From assembly GCF_009914755.1 (NCBI RefSeq), contig NC_060928.1: a stretch of 64,000 bases of DNA; one strand, 5' to 3'. Positions 1 through 11,060 of this stretch are shown here, piece by piece. This DNA is from the human T2T-CHM13v2.0 reference genome, Homo sapiens. A program made the translations under genes and the position numbers. How positions within the stretch are numbered: the first letter of the stretch is position 1; every line of letters begins with the position of its first letter. Under the pieces are notes generated by a model. The model had not been told where the DNA came from and ran no database searches. It saw nothing but the letters and a program-made list of their open reading frames with translations.

Positions 1-2313
1 TACATGATTTTTAAATTATAGTTTCTCTCAGAATTTTGATTAACATGATTGTATCAATCTTATGATATAGGAGGATGGTGACTTTCATTATTGTTTGCTT
101 AAGCAACAAGTCAAATATACCACAAGCCAGGAAATTAGAGAATTAATTGGAAATGAAACATAACCTAGATGGTAAAATTGGATACTAGAATATCAACATG
201 ATACTCAACGTAGAATATTTACTGTGAAATAAAGTGTACTAGAAGGGATCTTGGGAGTTTAATGAATTTTTCTACCAGTGGGCAATATCATTTATTTGTT
301 AATTTACTCAAATAAAGATCTGCGCAAAGCCAAAACCTATGAAGTAAAGCAGAATAAAAGAGTGCCATCCGAGGCTAAAAACATGTTTACTGTATTGCCA
401 CATGCATTCTTGGCAGTTTGGGGTCCTGTGTATATTTTGGAGGGGTAAAGAAGAATTAGTCAAAGGAAAGATTGTGGGAATAAATTTGTAGAATGGAGGG
501 TAGGTGAGGGATTAGAGATGAAGGAATCTGTTTATATGGATTTCAGCATGAAAGAGAGTTTAGAAAGAGAGTTCCTGAAGCTGCAATTGATGCAGTTATG
601 CTGGGCTGGAACAACTTGGGATAGGAAGTGTGGTGGGGAGGCAGAGTGGACTGAACTAAGCTGGCTGGAAGTGAAGTCTGGGATGAAGTTTACAGTGCGA
701 GGCAGAATCAGATGATGGAAGAACATGTGCTGTGTACACTGAGTTGTATTAATTGTTATATATATATTTTTAATCAATAGTGTACTAACTTGTGCTGCTG
801 AGTTTACTGAATTCATATTTTTAAAAACTCTAATTTGCCTAACTTTCAAAATAAAGCATCTAAAGCTTATTAAGCATATAGAACAGGAAACTTGGAAAGC
901 TGTTCTTGTGTTTGTGTTTAAATATTACCAAGTATATAATAGCTCACATTCCAGCAGACACAATACTGTGGCTTAGTCAGACCATGTTTTATATTACAAA
1001 TAGTTTTACGTAAAATGAATGTTCCAATCTATATCTCCAGAATGAAGACAGTCCTCTCTAAAAAGGGCTCCTTCATCCTGAAAGCTAGCTCAGAGGGTTT
1101 TTTGAGCTTTGTGTCCTGTTTGTCACTTCTTTGAGTATCTTAACCTGCAGTATAGTTACCCTTGCCACACTACAGTATCATAAAATGGGCATCTTGTATC
1201 TCTGTCTCAAGGTGATAATGGAGTTGAAATGTATATCAGGGAAAAGATCAGGATTTCATTGAAAAGATGGAATATACATTTTGCACTAATGTCTGAAAAA
1301 TCAACTTGCTCATAAGTTATTAAAGGACCACAGGTGCAAGCAGTGCAATTTTTGCAATTCCCTTTCCTGATATATTCTAGCAAGGTCATTTGCCCCTAAG
1401 CCTCAGAAGGTTAATTGGATCTCATAAGTGAATGCACCCAATCACTCATGATTTGGGAAATTTTAAAATTGTTGTTATTTAGGCATTAACATTGGAATAT
1501 CAAATTTGACTTTCTTTTTACTGAGTGGGATTGTTCTAAATTTGCTGGTTTTATGGCTCTTGTAATGAAAATTATTAAAAAAGAACACTAAAGGCCAACT
1601 TAAATAAAAACTACCTGTGTTGCTCAAATAAGTTTTTTACCTACATGTCTAGCAAATAGATTTATGGAAATTTAAATCTGCTTTGAGCTCTTTGGGACAA
1701 GCGTAATAGCCCTAAATCAAGTATTCAACATGCACCAGAGGTGGTCACTGTGTGGTAATTTTGTTGGTCAATGGAGTGACTCGTACTAACAAGGAAGAAA
1801 TAGGAAAAGCAGGGGGTCGAGAAGGCGAGGCTGGACACCACTGTGTGATTAAAGTAGAAAGTGTTTTTCTAATACAGTTCTGTGCCTTATTTGTCTGTCT
1901 TCCTTTTTTTTTTTTTTTTTTTTTTTTTACATCTTTTTGTTCTACAGTTTTGCTTTCTTTTTTCACCTGTTCTCTTTTGCTGAGATGGTAAGTTGCAGGC
2001 TCTATTCTGGGTTTAAGTTGATTGTACAAGTAGCAGAGATAATGACATTTTGAATTTGTTAAAAAGCTTTTATCTGAAAATTGACAGGGTATTTTTGTAA
2101 AACTAGCAGAAAACATGAGAGGGGCAATGAAAAAATATTTAGCCTTAAGACCCATAGATGTTTCTATTAGATCCATACAACTCAATAGAGAATGTCATGA
2201 AAATTCATCCATGAGTGAGAAAACTGGCTGCATGATATCTACCATGTAACTCCACATCAAGAGGGGCATCACCGTTTCATTCACTCTAGGCTCTCATTAA
2301 GTTCACTGCACTA

Positions 2314-2657
<344 letters not shown>

Positions 2658-2675
2658 GAAGAAAGGATGGTGAGC

Positions 2676-2786
2676 TTACCTAGATGACAGGTTGATAGGT
2701 GCAGCAAACCACCATGGCACATGTATACCTGTGTGACAAGCCTGCACGTTCAGCACATGTACCCCAGAACTTAAAGTTAAAAAAAA
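2676..2786 (+). mobile_element. L1PA 3' terminal fragment
   Basis: GGTTGATAGGTGCAGCAAACCACCATGGCACATGTATACC...CCCAGAACTTAAAG plus A-tail is the L1PA 3' UTR end. Confidence 0.9.
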
Positions 2787-3385
2787 TGCTCCATGTATCT
2801 TTAATGTATTTACCTTGACTAATTTTATAGACTATCTTATCTAAATACACTAGAACTATCAACTCTGTATTTGTTATAGTGTAGTTAATATGTAATATCT
2901 CATCCAAAAGTAAACATATTTAATATTTATTTTAAAACTCAACAAACATCATATATAATTTTACTTAATGGAGTAGCATATTATCTTCTCTAATGGCTTA
3001 TCGATCATGAAAAATTTATTTCAAAGAGGACCATTATACAGATATATCAGGAATTAGTGGTATCTTAGGTGGCATCTTCACAAGGAAGAGACATAAAGAT
3101 ATTTCTTATTATTGCAGCATATCTATACGTTAAAGCATGTTCTCTTAAGGGATCATATCTTTGGCAGAAGAAAAGATATAAAAGGATTCTAAAAGTGGCT
3201 ACGATATTCAATTCCACAGTACCAGAAGATTAATCTGCCACAATTTCTTTTGCTTTAATCACTATATGTCTTAGGTTTTCTCTTCTTTTTGGGTGCTCCC
3301 TTTCTTAATGGTAGTTGAATTCTCAGAGTTTAGCATATTGTACTTCTGGGGGAGTGGAGAGCTCTAGAGAAACTCAAATACTTCT

Positions 3386-4009
3386 TTTTACAAGATGTAT
3401 ATTTGTTTTATTCATAATTTGTCATGTTCTGGAATACAAAAGGTAATTGTAATGATGGCTGAATTTAACACAAAATTTTTAACTTCAACTTAAAACATGG
3501 ACTGATTAATCTCATTCAATGGCAATATTCAATGCTTAAAGGAACATAAACACGTACACAATTGTGCAGTTTTCATAAGGGTTTATTTTATAACTGGTGG
3601 ATAGCACATTTAACAGTTAAATACGTTTAAATAATGTATAGGTGACTACACAATTGCAGCACTGGTAACTAGATAGATAACCAATTCCACTAAAAACCAG
3701 CTAATGAGTAACTGTCTAAATATTTAAAAAACAGCTCTCGTTTGGGTCATCTTTCGTTTTGAACACCTTCTTAGGGGGGCAAAAGCCTGCTGGTCACAAT
3801 GGAAATATATTAAGGCTAAATCTTCTGATATCCATTCTCGGAGGCTACTTTCAGCTGGATTAAGTCTCTGCCTCTAGGGCAAGCACCAATTTGTGGCCTC
3901 CAGTATCAGTGCTCTTCCTGTCTACCAGAGCAGACAATGTAAGCTTTATACCAGGCCTCAGAATCTGAGGGTAGCCTGCTCCAGTCAATATAGAGTTGTT
4001 GACTTTTGC
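3386..4009 (-). pseudogene. VDAC2: Processed pseudogene fragment of VDAC2 (parent gene): last two coding exons, 3' UTR and poly(A) remnant
   Basis: Minus-strand translation [49 protein letters not shown] matches the VDAC2 C-terminus ([49 protein letters not shown]). Stop at 3862-3860 is followed by a VDAC2-like UTR (TAATCCAGCTGAAAG...GGATATCAGAAGATTT). No intron at the P-G exon junction. AATAAA at 3412-3407. 13-bp TSD CTCAAATACTTCT at 3373-3385 and 4175-4187. Confidence 0.93.
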
Positions 4010-4174
4010 ATTAAACAATTTATTGTAAAGGATGAACAGCCAGATAAAGTGATACATAGGGTGAGGTCTGGAAAAGTCCTGAGCATGGGGGCGTCTGTCC
4101 CTGTGGAGTTGGAGTGCGCCACTCTCCCAGTATGTGGATGTGTTCTTGTTCACCTCCCTGGAAGCCCTGAACTG
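4010..4174 (-). mobile_element. MER21 LTR segment forming the 5' part of the VDAC2 retrocopy
   Basis: Minus strand reads GAACACATCCAC...CCAACTCCACAGGGACAGA...CCAGACCTCACCCTATGTATC...CTGGCTGTTCATCCTTTACAATAAA, typical of MER21; it lies inside the same TSD. Confidence 0.85.
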
Positions 4175-4845
4175 CTCAAATACTTCTAATAAGAAGCGTT
4201 ACACAGTAGTTTGGGGAGAGATCATTGGATCACCATTGGAAGGTGATCTCCCATTTAGGAGATGAACTTTCATACTGGAAAGGATTGGCCTTTCAGATAT
4301 TTGATAGAGAGCTACATGAAATATTTATGATGTTCCTGAGACCTAGACCATCGGGGTAGTCACACTATTGAGGATAGGAACACTTCACACAGACTTCTAG
4401 ATGTGAAACTTTGTATAACTTTGAGGAGGAGGCCCAGAATTTAAAATACCAAGATTTTATGAGTACACAGGCCCTGGGAATTGTAGGTACTCAAGATAGT
4501 TCTCTGAGGGAAAAGTCCACCGTGGCATTCATTCTCAAGGAGTCAGATCCCACTAAAAATAGAAACATATCAAACCCCAAAAATCTCAAATGAATCTCAG
4601 TCTTAAGGGAAGAGGATTGTGTAGGCAGATTTTCCCAGTGCGGGGAGAAACAGTACATAGAAGCTTTTGAGTCCAGAGCAGTTTTTATTTTTGTTTTTGA
4701 AATCCATATGTGACAGGTACTGAGAAAGAGAAATATTTTGGTCTTTGCAAATTTAGGAGACTTTACAATTAAAAATCATAAGATAACAGTCAGAGATAGC
4801 TCATGAGGAAATCTGCTACAAATATTCAATGTACAAAATTCCTAA

Positions 4846-4908
4846 ACATTAGGCATTCACAGATATTGGAGAGTTCATATAGGAGAGAAACCTTTTAAAT
4901 GTGATGAA
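4846..4908 (+). pseudogene. Possible degenerate C2H2 zinc-finger linker remnant
   Basis: Translates ...HRYWRVHIGEKPFKCDE, resembling HTGEKPF/YxC; single unit with no intact finger. Confidence 0.35.
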
Positions 4909-5489
4909 ACTTCATCTAGGACTAAAAGACACATTTGTGCACGTTGGAGCATGTTGCCCCTTCCTCTGAGCAGACATAGCCTTGCACCAGGGCTTCCGGC
5001 TTGGTGAGCAGAGGATCACCTCATACTTTCCCCTTGTTCAGTGAATTGCTAGTGCAATCCTATCAGTCGCCCTCATTGTACTGAGTTTCCTGGCAGTTAG
5101 CAGGCCTGATGACATTCTACCTGGCTTTGTTAGTATTTTTTGAAAGCCTACTGCATGTATCTTTTGGATTCGTATGCAATATACTAAAGTGATAGATTGG
5201 GGTGATTATTTTCACTTTGGAAGTTTATTTGCTTTACAAAAGAGTATAGGATGATTTATTTAAAAAATCATTTCTTCTATGATTTAATTTATGAAAGATT
5301 AAGAATGCATCTAATAGTTAAAATAAATTTCACTCTTAAAATTTTTTGTTGTAAGTCAAGCAAAAATTATACAGATGGCGAGTCTTTGCCACATAATTAT
5401 CTCCCCTAATCAGAATGATTACAATATGGAGTGTCTACTCTTTTTTTCTTAGTTTAAGGAAGTTTCAGACATACTCACACACAAATATT

Positions 5490-5850
5490 TATGGTAGATT
5501 GTATTATTGTTCTAAATTATTTGCTCACTTCTTACCCCTGAGAAGACAATGCATTCTTATGCTGTTGATTTCAGGCTTGGCCTTGGGACCTGCTTAAACC
5601 AAGAGATATGCCACATCCGAGCAGTTCTTTTCCTTGTGGCCCCTGCCATGAGAGCAGCGTGTACAAGGTGGATGCTGCTCCATTAGCGTGGATCCTGGGA
5701 TGAGAAGACTCAGGGAGCAGGCTCTGCCAACCCACAGTCTACAGCAGAGCCACAGCCAGCAGTAGTCCTCATTCAACAGGAGGGGGAAAAAACTGCTCGT
5801 CATCCTTAGCTCTGAGATTTGGGGGTTGTTATCACAGAAGATACTGTCTC
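5490..5850 (+). mobile_element. MLT1 (MLT1I-like) MaLR LTR
   Basis: TGCCATGAGA...GCTGCTCC...GAGAAGAC...CTGAGATTTGGGGGTTGTTATC motifs. Confidence 0.7.
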
Positions 5851-5929
5851 ATAGAAGTTTTTAATATGACTGCTACTACAACAACTATTGCTATAATGTT
5901 TACAGCAATCATTGCTACTTTACGTTCCA

Positions 5930-6110
5930 ACAGTATTATTGCTTGCAAGGGGCTATCAAATAGATGATCTTGTTGGAAACTCACAGCTACAAGGGCAGGT
6001 GAGGAAGCTGAAGTAATGAGTAGGAGAAGTTAATGAATTATCCCAAGGTCAAAGTGCTAGAAACTAGAAGGAGAGGATTTGAACTCTGATTTTCTTATTT
6101 CAAGTTGTTG
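5930..6110 (-). mobile_element. MIR fragment
   Basis: GAGGAAGCTGAAG...GTTAATGAATTATCCCAAGGTCA...GGATTTGAACTC is the reverse MIR core. Confidence 0.65.
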
Positions 6111-6149
6111 TTTTTCTGGACCTTAGTTTACTAGTCTCCAATACACTTT

Positions 6150-6800
6150 ACAGATTTCTCAAGGCATCTTAAGTGTAGCATGCTATCTCAATTGTCCATC
6201 ACTTCACCTATAAAGACTCTGTCTTTTTAGGTACTTCATTATACAATTCCCTCACTGGCATTTCCAAGGCCTTCTAGTAGGCTCAAGGGACAGATGAAAA
6301 TCCTTAACATGTTTGACACAATTCTGACTTGTCTAAGTTCTGCACATCTCCCAAGCCTCAAATTCCTCCTTAGTTGCCTCCTGGATTGCTCTCTGGCCTC
6401 CAGCTATACTAACGTTTCTTGGAAGCCCATGGGGAAGTCATGCCTTTTTCAGCCACAGGACTTTGTGCGTATAATAATTTTTTTCTGCCAAAATGTCACC
6501 TCTGTACCCTAAATTCTTACCATGTACCATCCTTGTTCTCCTCACCATCTATTCTGGATCTCTACTCAATAGTCAATGGCTGGGAGACCTCCCCGGACTT
6601 TCTGATCAAGTCAGTCCCCATACTTAAAGGGCATTTACCTCTGCCTCAGTGGTGGTTGATGTGGTTCACTTTGTGTAATGTCTCTTTTTCCTTTATTATT
6701 CTATTTATAATTGCTTGTTTATTCATTTTGCTCACCCTAGTACCTAGCACACTGCCTGCTACATAGGAAGTATTCCGCAAACATTTCTTAAATCTCTGAA
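6150..6800 (+). mobile_element. L2 3' region, degraded
   Basis: CCCTAGTACCTAGCACACTGCCTG...AAACATTTCTTAAAT L2 tail plus upstream L2 motifs. Confidence 0.65.
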
Positions 6801-7746
6801 TACTCAGATATAATGCTGAACACTAAATATTCAGCTGCAGTGCTGTAGCTGAGCTGTCAGAAATGGGGTAGAAGTGTTTTGAGTTTTGATAAGGAGAGGG
6901 ATCTGCTTGTTACATGAACTGGAAATAGTGATGAGATGGAAATTTGGTGTGAAGAAGCCAAGAGGTCATTTGTGGTCATTGTAACATCACCAGGTAATGA
7001 TCAGAGAGGCAATAGAGAGCATCCCTCAGTGGCTGTGTCTACACAAGGCTCACCACTTTGAAGAAGCACATGCCAAGAACTCACATCCCATTAGTGGCTT
7101 AAGTTTTTGAACTTTCTTTCCAGTTTTCATAAAAGTTTTGTTTACAGACTTGACCAGCAGTAAAGCTAAGACGTTTGCATGTGTTTTACCAGCCCTATCA
7201 TTTTAGTAGGCCTTGATTTCTGGAAGATTATTTTTCTCTGCAGATTTTATTCTTTTTTCCCCATTTGTTTTAATAAATAGCATCTTTCAGGCCAAGTAGA
7301 AAAGAGGATGAAGTATATCCTGTAAGTCTAAGGATGGCACAATGGCAACCACTGTTATGGAGCACTAACTGCTTTCTGGTATTATTGTTTAGTTATGAGG
7401 GCAACCTAGGTTGTTCATGTCTATATTTTCAAATGTCTTTTCATTTTCTATCCTTTTATTTTTAGTAGAGATCTGTTAAGGATTTTCACTCTCTTTCACT
7501 GGGCTGCTTTTCAATCTTATTTCACAGATAGCAATATTATATTTCTACTAAAAAAAAAAAACGAACTAAAAACTGTTTGCAAGTTTTCTGACAAATTTAG
7601 GCATGTGTGGTGTATTGGACTTAGGCTTTTAAGAATAGTAGGTTAGTTTATGATGACAAAAAGAGAGAAGTGGTACGGGAATAGAAAAAAGTAGCAATTG
7701 TTTGCCTTCTAGGATCCAATTTGATAAGATGAGAGTGGCATGAATA

Positions 7747-8112
7747 TAGTATGTGCTGCAATCCAGTGTTTAAGTTAATGATGGACCACATATATGACGA
7801 TGGTTTCTTAAGATTATAATGGAGCTGAAAAATTCCTATCACTTATTGATGGTGTAGGGATCATAACATCATAGCATTGCACATAACCTTTTCTATGCTT
7901 AGATATATTTAGACACACAAATGCTTACCATTATGTTACAATTGCCTACAGTGTTCAGTACGGCAACATGCCATACAGGTTTGTAGCCTAGGAGCAATAG
8001 GCTGTACCATCAGATTTTTGTAAGTACACTCTACGATGTTCACACAAGAACAAAATCACTGAATGACATATTTCTTAGAATATATTCCTGTGGCTAAGCA
8101 ACACATGACAGT
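7747..8112 (+). mobile_element. Tigger3a (MER7A) DNA transposon
   Basis: AAGATTATAATGGAGCTGAAAAATTCCTATC...CAGGTTTGTAGCCTAGGAGCAATAGGCT...CATGACAG; TA at both ends. Confidence 0.85.
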
Positions 8113-8452
8113 AATGATGTGGTCAGGGAGCCACAGACCATGAACAGGAACACCCAAGCAATGGGCTAGCCTGGAAAATATCTCAATGTGAGTTACAGGG
8201 AAAGATAAGACCTCATCGCAATGCTGGGGTGACTGCATCAGGATGTGCTCAAATCCCAATATACACAAAAATTTCCCAACCTGGATCCTCCATTTCGGTC
8301 TAGAGTACACTCAAGTCATCTCTGATGTAGGTCCTGCTGCATGGCCCAGAGCCCCAAAATTTCTTTAATTGTCTAACGGTTCCCAGTCTTTGGGGAGTTT
8401 ATGGTCTGGTTAAGAAGACTTAAACTTTTTCTATTAAAAATGACACACAAAC

Positions 8453-8866
8453 TGATATAGTTTGGATATCTGTCCCTCCCAAATCCCATGTTGAATTGTA
8501 ATCCCCAGTGCTGAAAGTGGGGCCGGGTGGGAGGTGTTTGGGTCATGGGAGAGAATCCCTCATGGCTTGGTCCTATTTTCGTGATAGTGTGTGAGTTCTC
8601 GGGAGATCTAGTTGTTAGAAGTGTGTGGCACCTCCCCCTTCACTCTTTCTCTCACTTGTTCCTGCTTTTGCCATGTGATATGCCGGCCCCCTGCTGTGCC
8701 TTCTGCCATGACTGTAAGCTACCTTAGACCTTGCTAGAAGCCAAGCCGATGCCAGCACCATACTTCCTGTAAAGCCTGCAGAACCATGAGCCAGTTAAAT
8801 CTCTTTCTTTATAAATTACCCAGCCACAGGCATTTCTTTATAGCAATGCAAGAATGACCTAATACG
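8453..8866 (+). mobile_element. MSTB-like solo LTR
   Basis: TGATATAGTTTGG...CTAATACG termini; 5-bp TSD CAAAC/CATAC. Confidence 0.9.
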
Positions 8867-9959
8867 CATACCTTCTTTGCTTCCATGATATCTACAAAAG
8901 GTTACATCTAGTTAGCTGAATAGTCTAGAAACAATCCTACAGCTGCCAAAATAGTTGATGGCACAGGCTTAGTAATATAAAATAATAAGATTTGCTAATG
9001 TTTGCTGTCAATCAGTTGCCATTAGTTCAAGTAAGTTCTTCTGTTTGGTCTCTGAATCAACACAGTAACAAAAGTTGATTCCATGACTCATTCTGTCACC
9101 AAGTGGCAATGTCCCTGATCTGTCTTCCCTTTGCTTGGCCATGCCTATTTTCGGATCTTCTGGCAGAAGTCTAATACATATATTCCAACACTTTTAATTT
9201 TTTATCTTCTATCTTCAATTTGCTCTATCACTTTTCCTCTTTGATCTTTTCACAGTTCCTTTATCCCTTTATTCTGTTCTCCTTTTCTCTACCATTCTTC
9301 GTATAATTTACCCATCTTTGCCATCAGTTTTCTGGTCATCCTCAGCCAGGATGTGAGGGTACCTCCTTACAACATGTTCTTCATTGTAACGTAAAATGTT
9401 ACAGCAATTCAACAAAATTCATATATTTTTCTTTACTTAAAAATACTTATGACATTTCACTTACTTTTTTATATGGGTAGGTCTGTCCTCTGTGATGTCT
9501 TCTCAACTTGCTTAGGAGTTTATCATAGAGATTTTTCCTATGCCTAAAGACCACAGAATCTAGGCCTTTACATGTGGGAATAATAAGAAACAGCTTCTGT
9601 GTAACAGCTTCGTTTCTGAATAGGGACCAAAGATGTCCTAGGCTGGAATCCTTATATAATTTTCTTATAAATATAGAAAAATGATAATTTAAATAGGATT
9701 TTCATCATTGTAGGTTCTGGGTTTATCTGCAATGCCAGTGCCAAATGGTTTCATTTCTCTATTTTTCTATGTAGCTTCCATTGAATTATTCTGATGTCCT
9801 CTGAAAAATCAGAAAAAACCATTTTTCTCTGTTTCTGGCAATGAAGAAGAAAGATTCTTTAGGAATATTTCCTACTGTCCCCTTTTCTCTTTGATACCAA
9901 AGGAATGGGATGATTACTTCATTAATTATAATATGGAATTATATAACCAAATAAAATGA

Positions 9960-10520
9960 TTTTATATGATCCAGCAATTTCATTTCTGGGCATATACCTA
10001 AATGAAATAAAAGCAGGAATTTAAGGAGATACTCTACATCAATATTCATAACAGCATTTTTCACAACAGCAAAAAGGTGGAAGCAACCCAAGTGTCCATT
10101 GAAGGTTGAATGGATATACCAAATGTGGTTTGTACACACAATGGAATATTACTCAGCCTTGAAAAGGAAGAAAATTCTGACACATGCCACAACATGTATG
10201 AAACTTGACATTATGCAAAGTGAAATAAGCCCATCATGAAAGGAGAAAAATACTCTATAATTCCACTTATATGAGGTACCTAGAAATCAGATTCATAGCA
10301 ACAGAAAGTAGATGGTGGTTGCCAAGGCCTGGAGGAAGGGGTGAATAGGAAATTACTGTTTAGTGGGTACAGAGTTTCTGTTGTGCAAGCTGAAAATAGT
10401 TCAGTGGTGGTGATGATTGCACAACAATGTGAATGTACTCAATGCCACTGAATGGTACACTTAAAAATGGTTCAAAAAGTAAATGTTATGTTATGCATAT
10501 TTTATCACCACTAAAACAAT
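9960..10520 (+). mobile_element. L1MB (L1MB3-like) 3' end
   Basis: ATGATCCAGCAATT...GGAAGCAACCCAAGTGTCC...AATGCCACTGAATGGTACACTTAAAAATGG. Confidence 0.9.
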
Positions 10521-10554
10521 AATAATTTTGGATTTTACCTCTAACATGTGAAAC

Positions 10555-11060
<506 letters not shown>

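Noticed and set aside
1947-1988. Possible 42-nt plus-strand micro-exon (poly-T...CTACAG| to ATG|GTAAGT)
   Set aside because: The exon body is itself a pyrimidine tract and the acceptor depends on a simple poly-T run; likely chance
3386-4009. Assigning a numbered VDAC2P symbol or a chromosome location
   Set aside because: Cannot be established from the sequence alone
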